From assembly GCA_964508365.1 (NCBI GenBank), contig CAZDTP010000009.1, forward strand, positions 865 through 64,864: a stretch of DNA of 64,000 bases. The letters run 5' to 3'. Positions 8,047 to 16,547 of this stretch are shown piece after piece. The stretch is from an uncultured archaeon. GTDB taxonomy: Archaea; Asgardarchaeota; Lokiarchaeia; Sigyniarchaeales; SOKP01. Each line of letters begins with the position of its first letter. Position 1 is the stretch's first letter. Under the pieces are notes generated by a model, which saw nothing but the letters and a program-made list of their open reading frames with translations, had not been told where the DNA came from and searched no databases. A program made the translations under genes and the position numbers.

Positions 8047-9165
8047 TTAATCAGTTCTCCTATTTTCTTGGTAAATTTTTTCAAATAACTTATTGGGATC
8101 GCTATAAATATGAGATCTTTCTATTCTGTGAAGTTTAATGGCTTCTGGGGAGCATGTTACTGTACATACTCCACAACCATAACACTTTTTAGGATTTACT
8201 TTGGCTTTCTCTTTCTCTATAGTAATAGCTTTAAATGGGCATCTTTTAGCACACAGAGCACAGCCCGTGCATAAATGACGATCAACTTTTGCGATGTAGT
8301 TTGATTTGGCTGTACAATTTTCATTTTTATCCTCAAATCGTGTCATTCCTCTTAAAAGAGCGCAGCAACATGCACAACAGCAGCAAATTACTTGGTGAAT
8401 TGGACTTATAGTGTTTGCAACTGTAAAAACTAAACCTTTTCTTGATAATTCATTCACAAGATTATGAGCTTCTACACGAGAAATTTTTCGTCCTTCTCCT
8501 CGTCGTAAAAAATATTCTCCAAACAATCCAACTTGAAAACAAGATTCTGAAATTGGAAATTTATCCTTACATTCTCTTACTCCTAATATTTCAGTTCTAT
8601 TACGGCAAGGACAATCGGTCACTACAATTGGACCTTTACACATATCAAATATTCCATGTATCTCTTCGGCATTGGATATTACAGATTTATGATCAATTGA
8701 TATGTCAATGGGAACGATTCTAGTAATTGGGGTACCAGCATCGGAAGATTCGTATCGTTTGTAAAACTTCTCTTTAATGAAGAATTGATCATATAGCTCA
8801 GCTCCTTTCTTTCCAAGCCTTTCGAATGTTTTTGAGTTTTTGAATCCCATATTCAAAAGATGTGCCATTGCTAAGAAGTAGGAATAACCACCGATATCTT
8901 GAATGATACCCGAATTGGTCATTTCTTCCAGAATTTTTTTAATCTCTTCCTTGCTTTTCCCAATTTTCCTTGTAATTCGATGAATGGATTGGGGCTTAAC
9001 AGTTAAGTATTGAGCAACTTCTGCCTCTTTAGGGGTAAATAATAATTTAATATATGCCCTAAATGCTTCTGATACACCTCCATCAACAATAGGGATGTCG
9101 TTAGGGTATTCACGCATATTTTGCAAAATTTTTTCGTAAGGATCTGTAATTTCTTCTGCTGTCAT
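8047..9165 (-). CDS. Fe-S protein with Cys-rich CCCCACCC motif and C-terminal 2x[4Fe-4S] ferredoxin domain (paralog A)
   Basis: 372 aa. Motifs are DCPCRNR, ICCCCACCCALL, CTGCALCAKRCP and CYGCGVCTVTCSP. The N-terminal third (LTVKPQSIHRITRKIGKSKEEIKKILEEMTNSGII) looks like a winged helix. Collinear with 17646-18770. Confidence 0.7.
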   Translation of the reverse strand: MTAEEITDPYEKILQNMREYPNDIPIVDGGVSEAFRAYIKLLFTPKEAEVAQYLTVKPQSIHRITRKIGKSKEEIKKILEEMTNSGIIQDIGGYSYFLAMAHLLNMGFKNSKTFERLGKKGAELYDQFFIKEKFYKRYESSDAGTPITRIVPIDISIDHKSVISNAEEIHGIFDMCKGPIVVTDCPCRNRTEILGVRECKDKFPISESCFQVGLFGEYFLRRGEGRKISRVEAHNLVNELSRKGLVFTVANTISPIHQVICCCCACCCALLRGMTRFEDKNENCTAKSNYIAKVDRHLCTGCALCAKRCPFKAITIEKEKAKVNPKKCYGCGVCTVTCSPEAIKLHRIERSHIYSDPNKLFEKIYQENRRTD

Positions 9166-9275
9166 ACCTGAATTAGCTTTACAACTGTAAAGATTAATTT
9201 AAGGAATAAAATAGTTTGATTGTAATAAAATTCTCTGATTTTAATATCTTTGTATGACGAAATATAACCTAAATT

Positions 9276-9836
9276 CTAATCCTTTTGGCGATGTAATTTT
9301 ACGATAGTTATCAGTTTTAATAGGTTTGTGATATCTGTTGTTTCTGGATCGTCAGATTTAGGATTCCAACCGAACAGCATTTTTGATGATCTCCCATGCT
9401 TTACAAGATACCTTTTTAGAATTCTTAATTTATCATCTGTATTTCCTATAATTTCTACTTGAGGTTGAAAACGGTGGAATCCATGTTTTACCAATAGAGA
9501 ATCAGGATGAGCTCGTATATTTTTCATCCAGCCAGCATCTTCACCTCTACTTGAAAAAATTGTAATTATCTCGTCTATCCGACGGTATTCTAACGGTGTT
9601 CTTCTTTTCTTCCCTGTTTTTCTTCCTTTAGTTGTTAAAATAAGAAAAATTCTTCCAAAACCTAAAATAGGAAAAATTTTTAATCGATATAAGGGAAGAA
9701 CAATATATTTATTTAAGATTTTAAACTTATTAAGCGTTTTATTCTTAAGTCTCTCATCCTCATGATTTAGATTATAAAGGGTAGACCCTGGTCGAGGTAG
9801 AAGGTCTTCATTGGCATTTATGTTATTCGGGCTCAA
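9276..9836 (-). CDS. deazaflavin (F420)-dependent nitroreductase-family oxidoreductase (DDN/DUF385-like)
   Basis: LILTTKGRKTGKKRRTPLEY...SSRGEDAGWMKNIRAHPDSLLV matches the hallmark LTTxGRKSGxxRxxPL ... WxxNLxAxP pattern of this family. TTG start, and the N-terminal extent is uncertain. Confidence 0.6.
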   Translation of the reverse strand: MSPNNINANEDLLPRPGSTLYNLNHEDERLKNKTLNKFKILNKYIVLPLYRLKIFPILGFGRIFLILTTKGRKTGKKRRTPLEYRRIDEIITIFSSRGEDAGWMKNIRAHPDSLLVKHGFHRFQPQVEIIGNTDDKLRILKRYLVKHGRSSKMLFGWNPKSDDPETTDITNLLKLITIVKLHRQKD

Positions 9837-9977
9837 TAATTTGATTCCTCTTTACAAAAGTAAAGGATTTGTATTTCAGATTATCAATGATTAGATTTTT
9901 AAAAATAATAATCAATAAAATAAATATTGAAGTCTTTTATTTATATTATCATATTTTAAAGATGTTAGAGAATTAGG

Positions 9978-10868
9978 ATGTCGGGATTAGTACTTCTTCC
10001 AGGATTAATTGGATATATATTGACTGGTTTAACCGTAGTTCATGCACTAATGGATGCGAAAAAGAACCGAGTTCAGCGCATACTAATGCTAACAACTATA
10101 TTTGTTTTAGCTACATTTCTAGAATTAATAGGAGTTTTTACTGGTGTTTTTTCTTATGCAACAGAATTGATTATGATTCTTGATAGCGTTCCGTTGTCTA
10201 TTACTTTATCGTGGGTAGGTATTATTTACAGTTCTATGATAATAACGGAACGTTTAAAGCTTTCCTTATGGCAAAGAATACTTACAACTACACTGATTGC
10301 ACTTAGTCTTGATTGGGGTATGGATCCAATTGCCGTAGAATCAGGTGCTTGGGCATTTGGAGGTGGAGAATACTTCAACATCCCCGCCTTTAATTTTTTT
10401 GGTTGGTTTTTTATTCCAATAGCCTATCTAGTGCCATATGGTCTAAGTTGGGAGAAAGACAGCACAAAACTAAAGATATTGAATATTGCTGAAGTTGATG
10501 CTAGACGCTCATTGCTTCGAAAATTATATACAGTGTTGCTTGTAGTTCCAATAGGATTAGGAATATTAATATTGGTAGGAATGTTTACTCGAATCCCTTT
10601 TGTATTTAATTTGCCTTTAGTATTTTTAGTGGTATGGATGATATTTAGTATCGTATGGGCTTCCGGTATTATTATTTGGAAGAATGAAGAATTAAAACGC
10701 ACAAAATGGATTGATGTAATCCCACCAAGCAGCTTATTAGTAATTGCTTATTTCTACGCAATTTCCAGTTTGTTTTTAGGGCTTTTCCATTTAAGTTTAC
10801 TTATGTTATTAACAGCGCTACCATTTCTGCTTACATTTGTTTTTACCTTACAAAAAAAGCGTTTTTAG
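9978..10868 (+). CDS. DUF422 / CruF-like 'carotenoid biosynthesis protein' family membrane protein, copy 1
   Basis: 296 aa, polytopic. The conserved core is LSLDWGMDPIAVESGAWAF...FNFFGWFFIP. The family assignment comes from memory of the motif. Paralogous to the next gene. Confidence 0.5.
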   Translation: MSGLVLLPGLIGYILTGLTVVHALMDAKKNRVQRILMLTTIFVLATFLELIGVFTGVFSYATELIMILDSVPLSITLSWVGIIYSSMIITERLKLSLWQRILTTTLIALSLDWGMDPIAVESGAWAFGGGEYFNIPAFNFFGWFFIPIAYLVPYGLSWEKDSTKLKILNIAEVDARRSLLRKLYTVLLVVPIGLGILILVGMFTRIPFVFNLPLVFLVVWMIFSIVWASGIIIWKNEELKRTKWIDVIPPSSLLVIAYFYAISSLFLGLFHLSLLMLLTALPFLLTFVFTLQKKRF

Positions 10869-10989
10869 TTGGTTTTTATAATTTTACAGTAAGATTAATA
10901 ATTTTAAGATTAGCACTATCTTTATAATCATTTATATATAGATTGATACCTATTATTCATGCTATATATTCTTAAGGTGCTAAATTCAA

Positions 10990-11886
10990 ATGTCATTATT
11001 CGAAATACTTCCCGCTTTAGTTGGTTATATCATGTGTGGATTGGTAATTATTCACGCAATATTTGATGCACGCGAAAACCGCGTACAACGATTATTAATG
11101 TTAGTAACTTTATTCGCTTTTGGATTCTTGTTGGAATTTAATGGAGTTGTTTCTGGGAATTATGTATACGCCTCGGAAGCCATCATGATTTTAGGGGTTA
11201 TTCCCTTATCAGTTACTTTTGCTTGGGTTGGGATCATCTATAGTGCTATGATAATTGGAGACCGTTTAAAGCTTTCTTTATGGTTACGAATACTTACCAC
11301 TACCTTAATAACCCTTAGTCTAGATTGGGGTATGGACCCAATTGCTGTTGAATTCGGAGCGTGGACATGGATGTATTCAGGTGGAGATTATTTTGGCATT
11401 CCCGGGTTTAATTTTATTGGTTGGTTTTTCATTCCAATCGCTTATTTAATCCCATATGGGTTAAATCGGAATAAAGTGAGCAAGAAATTTCAATTATTAA
11501 CTATTAATAAAATAGATGAAAACAACTCCTTAGGGCGAAAATTATATACTTGCTTGGTGGTAGTCCCGATAGCAATGGGAATCTTACTCGTTGTAGGAAT
11601 TATTTGTAGAATAGAATTTATATATGACTTGCATTGGATAATTCTATTGATTTGGATGCTTTTTACCGTCGTATTTACTGCAGGAATGATCTTATGGAAG
11701 CATGTAAACCTAAAATATTCCAAATGGTTTGATTTAATCCCTCCAACGATTCTATTATTTATCGCTTATTTCTACTTGACTTATAGCATCGCTCTAGGTT
11801 TTTTCAATTTGAGTTTACTTATGTTTTTCACGACGATTCCCTTACTGCTGGCATTTATTTTCACGCTAAGAAAGAAACGGAATTAA
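10990..11886 (+). CDS. DUF422 / CruF-like family membrane protein, copy 2
   Basis: 298 aa, collinear with copy 1 over the full length (e.g. VIHAxxDAxxNRVQRxLML, LSLDWGMDPIAVE, FTLxKKR at the end). Confidence 0.5.
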   Translation: MSLFEILPALVGYIMCGLVIIHAIFDARENRVQRLLMLVTLFAFGFLLEFNGVVSGNYVYASEAIMILGVIPLSVTFAWVGIIYSAMIIGDRLKLSLWLRILTTTLITLSLDWGMDPIAVEFGAWTWMYSGGDYFGIPGFNFIGWFFIPIAYLIPYGLNRNKVSKKFQLLTINKIDENNSLGRKLYTCLVVVPIAMGILLVVGIICRIEFIYDLHWIILLIWMLFTVVFTAGMILWKHVNLKYSKWFDLIPPTILLFIAYFYLTYSIALGFFNLSLLMFFTTIPLLLAFIFTLRKKRN

Positions 11887-11904
11887 TGAGTGATAATTCT
11901 ATAA

Positions 11905-11913
11905 TTTTTTTTT
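11905..11913 (+). terminator. T9 tract downstream of copy 2 (candidate oligo-T terminator)
   Basis: Nine consecutive T lie 19 nt after the TAA at 11884-11886. Confidence 0.35.
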
Positions 11914-11973
11914 ATGAAGTGTTTTAATATTATTATTATCGATTAATTTTAAGCTAAAAATGGTGAAAATATC

Positions 11974-12534
11974 TTGGAACTTTTTCCCGCATTTGAGATT
12001 GGATTGTTAAACGGTTGGATTTTTATGGTAATATTTTTCTTATTTTATGGTATATTTTTAAAAACTTGTCCAAAAGAAGTGATTACTAGACTTTACGATA
12101 ATGAGGGATGGACAAAATCACAATACATTTTAACAAAATTAGGAAAATTATGTGGTTTAATTCATATAATCCTTGTAATTTTTACGCCATTAAACATAGT
12201 ATCTATCGAATTTATGATTGGAATCATTATTTATTTAATAGGAACAATAGGATTCGTTATTGCTGTTATAAATTTTAAGAAGGTACCATTAGGTCAGCCA
12301 ATTACTTTAGGAGTGTATAAAATCTCACGAAATCCTCAGGTCTTAACATTATTTCTCGTTAGTTTTGGGACTTCTTTAATGATAGCTTCTTGGATAGCAG
12401 TAATAATTGTAGTTATTTCCATAATCTTCTTTCATTTTAGAATTTTAGGTGAAGAAAAAAGACTTATTGAACAATATGGTGATTCTTATTTAGAGTATAA
12501 GAAAAAGGTGCCAAGATATTTTTTATTTATTTAA
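11974..12534 (+). CDS. ICMT-family membrane methyltransferase
   Basis: 186 aa, hydrophobic. YKISRNPQVLTLFL and EEKRLIEQYGDSYLEYKKKVPRYF match the family's C-terminal signature. Confidence 0.6.
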   Translation: MELFPAFEIGLLNGWIFMVIFFLFYGIFLKTCPKEVITRLYDNEGWTKSQYILTKLGKLCGLIHIILVIFTPLNIVSIEFMIGIIIYLIGTIGFVIAVINFKKVPLGQPITLGVYKISRNPQVLTLFLVSFGTSLMIASWIAVIIVVISIIFFHFRILGEEKRLIEQYGDSYLEYKKKVPRYFLFI

Positions 12535-12609
12535 ATTAAAGAAAAATTCTAATTTAATACACTAAAGTCTGGAAACGACTAAAAATTAATAAAAAGAAAA
12601 AAAATAAAA

Positions 12610-13095
12610 TTATCGAGGAATCCATTTTGGTACTTTTTCCTTGTATTCTAAATATTTTTGTCCAAATAATTCTTCTAGTTTTTTTCCTTCAAAGGTAGCC
12701 AATTTATCGTAAATGACAATTATTATAATCCATATCGCTATACTAATCAAGGAAATCGATAGAAATATGCACGCAAGATAAATTAAGAGTACACCAAAAT
12801 ACATCGGATTTCTTACATGCCCAAATAGTCCGTCCGTTATGAGGTCGTCCTTATTTTCTGGGTGTTTAAATAAAATGGTGGTCGAAGTGCGAATAAAAGC
12901 GAAAGCTACAGTGATAAAAATAATGAATAAGATAAGTCTAACTATCCAAGGAAAAAAACTATTCATTACAGTTGAAAACGAGAAAACAAGTGAATCTAGA
13001 AGCCAAACTGTGATAAAAACAATAACAGAAAATCCTTGTATTAGATGAGAATGTAGTGCCTCGATTCCGAACCTATTTTCATAATTATGGCTCAT
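12610..13095 (-). CDS. ICMT-family membrane methyltransferase
   Basis: 161 aa. GHVRNPMYFGVLLIY and EGKKLEELFGQKYLEYKEKVPKWIP match the family signature. Confidence 0.65.
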   Translation of the reverse strand: MSHNYENRFGIEALHSHLIQGFSVIVFITVWLLDSLVFSFSTVMNSFFPWIVRLILFIIFITVAFAFIRTSTTILFKHPENKDDLITDGLFGHVRNPMYFGVLLIYLACIFLSISLISIAIWIIIIVIYDKLATFEGKKLEELFGQKYLEYKEKVPKWIPR

Positions 13096-13329
13096 TTTTA
13101 ATCAACTCAAGTAGTTTGGTTATTACTATATAATGACAAACAATTAATTTATTGATTATTAAATAATATTAACAATTAAATGTTAATTTATATTACAAAA
13201 ATTAGTCACGCCTAATAAAAATTTTCTATAGACCAGTTATTGCTAAAATTATCTAAAATCATAAGGAAGTGAATATTTATCGGATATGTTAAATATATTG
13301 TTAACCAAGTAAGAAAACCAAGGGGAATA

Positions 13330-13914
13330 TTGGGCAAAATGATCGCAAGGAAGATGAACATTTCGCACGCTTCGTTAGCAGAGTGGGGATTATCTCACAT
13401 AAAATTAAGGAAAGATATGATAATTTTAGACGTTGGATGTGGAGGGGGAGCTAATATTAACCATTTTGCGCAAATTACGACAGGAGGGAGGGTGTTCGGA
13501 ATTGATTATTCACCCACTTCAGTGAAAATTAGTAAAGAAGTCAATAAAAAATACATTGTAGAGGGAGTTGTTGAGATTAGCGAGAGCTCAGTATCAAATC
13601 TTCCGTTTGAGGACAACACCTTCGATGTAGTTTCAGGGTTTGAAGCTTATTATTTTTGGCCAGACTTAATCAACGATTTGAAAGAGATATATCGCGTTTT
13701 GAAAATCAATGGGGAATTACTATTAGTAAACGAGGCTTACAAATGCGAAAATAAAGAAGTAAGGAAAGTAGTAGAGAAGTGGGCGAAACTCGGAAGCTTT
13801 AAACTTCATTCACCTAAGGAGTATAGAGAATTTTTAACGGAAGCTGGATTTTCTGAAATTGATATATACGAACAAAAAGAAAAGGGTTGGATTACTGCTA
13901 TCGCTATAAAATAA
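13330..13914 (+). CDS. class I SAM-dependent methyltransferase
   Basis: Motif I is ILDVGCGGGAN, followed by acidic loop FGIDYS and motif post-II SGFEAYYFWPD. The start is TTG 13330 or ATG 13339. Confidence 0.75.
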   Translation: MGKMIARKMNISHASLAEWGLSHIKLRKDMIILDVGCGGGANINHFAQITTGGRVFGIDYSPTSVKISKEVNKKYIVEGVVEISESSVSNLPFEDNTFDVVSGFEAYYFWPDLINDLKEIYRVLKINGELLLVNEAYKCENKEVRKVVEKWAKLGSFKLHSPKEYREFLTEAGFSEIDIYEQKEKGWITAIAIK

Positions 13915-13980
13915 AGAGCATCGTAAGAATGAAACTCATAGAAACAAGTTTTAATTAATAATTTACTCTAATTTCATCGT

Positions 13981-14835
13981 TCATCCTTTTTCAGTCATCT
14001 GGAGGTTTTTCGCTTCAATTTTATCTTTTTCTTCTCGAGTAAGTTCTTCAATTCTTTCTTTTCTAAAAACCATAATAAATTGGTGTACAATACTCGGGAT
14101 CCATGAATAATTGATACCGTAAAGATGTAATTTCTTATTAACATCGTACCAAATTATCTCTCCTTTTAGGACATAACCGATTTGACTTAAGATGCGGGCA
14201 ATATCAGCGTTTAAAAGATGGTAATGTCCTTCAGTATACATGTTTCCTATAAAAACAGCACAGTAATGCCCCGGTTTTAAAGCCTTAAAGCATTCGCTGA
14301 AAGTATTCTTTATTAAAAGTTCCCAATCATGTTTTTTTTGCTGTGAATCTTGAGAGTCAGGGATAAAACGAGTTAATTTTGATTTATCAGAATAGACTCC
14401 TTTCGATTCTTCTCCAACTTTTTTGTACGTGCCCTTCGATTTCTCAATAGTGTCCATCTTCCAAAATGGAACATCGGTCAATATAAAATCTACCTGAAAG
14501 TTTGGATCTTCACTAAAATCATGAAGAATTTCACGAGAATCACCCTTAATAACCTTTTGAGGCGGGATAGATTCAATTTTGCAGATTTTGTGATAAGTAT
14601 CTATCCATTCTTGATTGATTTCAATCCCAATGCCGTTACGATTGCTTAAATTGCATGCGATCAATGTCCCTCCGACACCACAGAATGGATCAAGAATTAG
14701 GTCCCCCTCTTTAGTAAAAATCTTAATCAACTTTTCACATAATTCAGGCGGTTTTTGCCCTCCATGTTTATTTCTTAAATTTAATTGAAAACTCGGAGGA
14801 TATCCTTTTGGAATTACTGATTTTGTTGAAAACAC
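13981..14835 (-). CDS. N6-adenine/N4-cytosine DNA methyltransferase-like protein with permuted motif order
   Basis: HGGQKPPELCEKLIKIFTKEGDLILDPFCGVGGTLIA (SAM-binding motif I region, as in PF01555-type enzymes) precedes DFILTDVPFW (a DPPY-like motif IV). GTG start. The frame stays open 46 codons further upstream (to 14973) without an ATG, GTG or TTG. Confidence 0.6.
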   Translation of the reverse strand: MFSTKSVIPKGYPPSFQLNLRNKHGGQKPPELCEKLIKIFTKEGDLILDPFCGVGGTLIACNLSNRNGIGIEINQEWIDTYHKICKIESIPPQKVIKGDSREILHDFSEDPNFQVDFILTDVPFWKMDTIEKSKGTYKKVGEESKGVYSDKSKLTRFIPDSQDSQQKKHDWELLIKNTFSECFKALKPGHYCAVFIGNMYTEGHYHLLNADIARILSQIGYVLKGEIIWYDVNKKLHLYGINYSWIPSIVHQFIMVFRKERIEELTREEKDKIEAKNLQMTEKG

Positions 14836-15147
14836 CCACTCTTTACCTGTTAAATCGTTAACTTGATTAGCGAGATCGTAAAAACCGCGAGAAATTCCAT
14901 TTTCAGATAAAAGTTCGATTTTTTTAATTTTAAATACACCTGTATGGATTTTATGACAAATATTCCATAATTTTTATTCAATGAAAATTGAAGAAATTTG
15001 TATCTATTAATGGTTTAATAAGTATTAATGGACTAATATTTCAAGTATAACCAGTTATGTGATATTTGAAGAAATAATTAATAAAAATTTTTATACCTTA
15101 ATTGAATCTATTTTTATAAGCTTAATCAACTTTGGTACGGTTATTAT

Positions 15148-15930
15148 TTGAAATTTTATAGTCTTGATGAAAAAGGAAATTTAATCGATCTTAGTAAATT
15201 AGATTTTGATGACCATGATGTATATCTTATTGATGACATCGAGAAAAACACATTATACATCTGGGTGGGGCTTAAAGTTCCCCAATATAAAAAAGACCTC
15301 ACAGCAGCTTGGGCTAGGAGATTTGATAAAGATCGCGGAGGTGCGTGCAAGATATTAATAATGATCCAAAAGCGGGAATATGGATCATTTTTATCGATGA
15401 TGGATCAGTTAAAAAAGGGATTAATACCCGGTAAATCAACTGAACGCAGACCCGAGCTGGTATTATTAGCACCTAAAGAAGTGGCTTCATCCAGTTCAGA
15501 GATGATTACTCCAGAGACTAAAACCCCAGAGATTAAAGAGGAAGCTGCTGAAGCAGGGGTGTTTGCATGGTTAACGCAACTAAAAAAACACAGAGCAGTT
15601 GTTACAGAAAGCGAAGAAGCTGAAGCTAAGGAACCTACAGAAAAAGATGTGGTGACCATAGATGATGAAGAAGTTGGTCTAGAATCTCAAATCAGAGAAG
15701 CTGCTTATTATCTCTCATTAAAAAAATATTCATATAACGATTTATGCTGGCTATTAGCTGAATCTATTCAAAAAGTAAGACTTGAAATGCCTTCGCTTGA
15801 AGATATTCGTAAAAAGGCAGAGGAAGTGTATAATTCATCTAGCACCTATGATGAGTTGTGTTGGTTGAATGCTCAAATGGACATTCTGATTGAACAACAA
15901 TATCTGGAAAAAAAGAAAAAATATAATTAG
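15148..15930 (+). CDS. gelsolin-like domain protein with acidic linker and C-terminal Y-x-[DE]-L-C-W-L repeats
   Basis: Residues 1-95 (15148-15432) line up by eye with gelsolin repeat landmarks. DVYLIDD corresponds to GDAYVIL. LYIWVGLKVPQYKKDLTAAWARRFD corresponds to LHYWLGxxxSQDExxAAAxxxxxLD. RGGACKILIMIQKREYGSFLSMM corresponds to xGRAVQHREVQGxESxxFLGYF. TTG start. Confidence 0.45.
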   Translation: MKFYSLDEKGNLIDLSKLDFDDHDVYLIDDIEKNTLYIWVGLKVPQYKKDLTAAWARRFDKDRGGACKILIMIQKREYGSFLSMMDQLKKGLIPGKSTERRPELVLLAPKEVASSSSEMITPETKTPEIKEEAAEAGVFAWLTQLKKHRAVVTESEEAEAKEPTEKDVVTIDDEEVGLESQIREAAYYLSLKKYSYNDLCWLLAESIQKVRLEMPSLEDIRKKAEEVYNSSSTYDELCWLNAQMDILIEQQYLEKKKKYN

Positions 15931-15989
15931 AAATAATACAGTTTTATTGTTTCATATTATAAAAGAAAAAGATAAAGTTCGCTTATTTT

Positions 15990-16334
15990 CTAAGCTTTAA
16001 CCATTATTAGCATCATTTTAAATCGCTCCAAAGCGTTAAGAGCATGGGGTTCATTAGCAGGCATCGTCATTATTTGCCCTTTATCTAAAACATAAGGTTT
16101 TTTAGAAATTATAATTTCTGCTTTACCATCGAAAATGTAAACTAACGCATCAAACGGAGTTGTATGCTCACTTAAACCCTCACCTTTATCAAAAGAAAAC
16201 AATGTTACTGTGCCTATTTTTTTGTTCATCAACATTCTACTAACAACAGAGCCTTCTTGATAATCAAGTAAGTTTTCTAAATCTAAAATTTCAGGATTTT
16301 CTTTATTATGACTAGATATACTCAAATATTTCAC
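15990..16334 (-). CDS. cupin-domain protein
   Basis: 114 aa. GEGLSEHTTPFDALVYIFDGKAEI and PANEPHALNA correspond to the two cupin motifs. Confidence 0.7.
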   Translation of the reverse strand: MKYLSISSHNKENPEILDLENLLDYQEGSVVSRMLMNKKIGTVTLFSFDKGEGLSEHTTPFDALVYIFDGKAEIIISKKPYVLDKGQIMTMPANEPHALNALERFKMMLIMVKA

Positions 16335-16547
16335 ATCTAACTTTTGAATTTTAATGATTATTTATTAAGTATAATTGTAAAGTGTTTATAAACCTAAATT
16401 CGAACATGTTTCATTTTAAGTTAGAAAGAAAAAAAAAGGAAATGCAATTTTGATAAAGGCTTAACAAATAATTTAATTTATAAAATCTGACTAGAAGTCA
16501 ATTGTATTTATAATTCTTACTCTTCACTAATTAAGATTTATTGATTA

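Larger units (their letters stand above)
9978..11886 (+). repeat. tandem gene duplication (two head-to-tail paralogs separated by 121 bp)
   Basis: The two ORFs align end to end at protein level. The nucleotide stretches cttagtcttgattggggtatggatccaattgc and cttagtctagattggggtatggacccaattgc are clearly homologous. Confidence 0.8.

Noticed and set aside
7799-8050. 83-aa plus-strand ORF overlapping the 3' end of the coiled-coil gene
   Set aside because: It is an alternative frame of the K/E-rich coding region running into the spacer, with low-complexity K/I-rich translation and no support.
15156-15659. Two minus-strand ORFs (64 and 84 aa) inside the gelsolin-like gene
   Set aside because: They are antisense shadow ORFs with S/A/L-rich translations. 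The plus-strand frame has domain-like sequence.
15148-16334. Restriction endonuclease candidate between the two N4/N6-type methyltransferases
   Set aside because: The two intervening ORFs read as a gelsolin-like/acidic protein and a cupin. I found no convincing PD-(D/E)xK, HNH or GIY-YIG arrangement. The DDIEK stretch in 15148-15930 does not fit (D/E)-x-K spacing.
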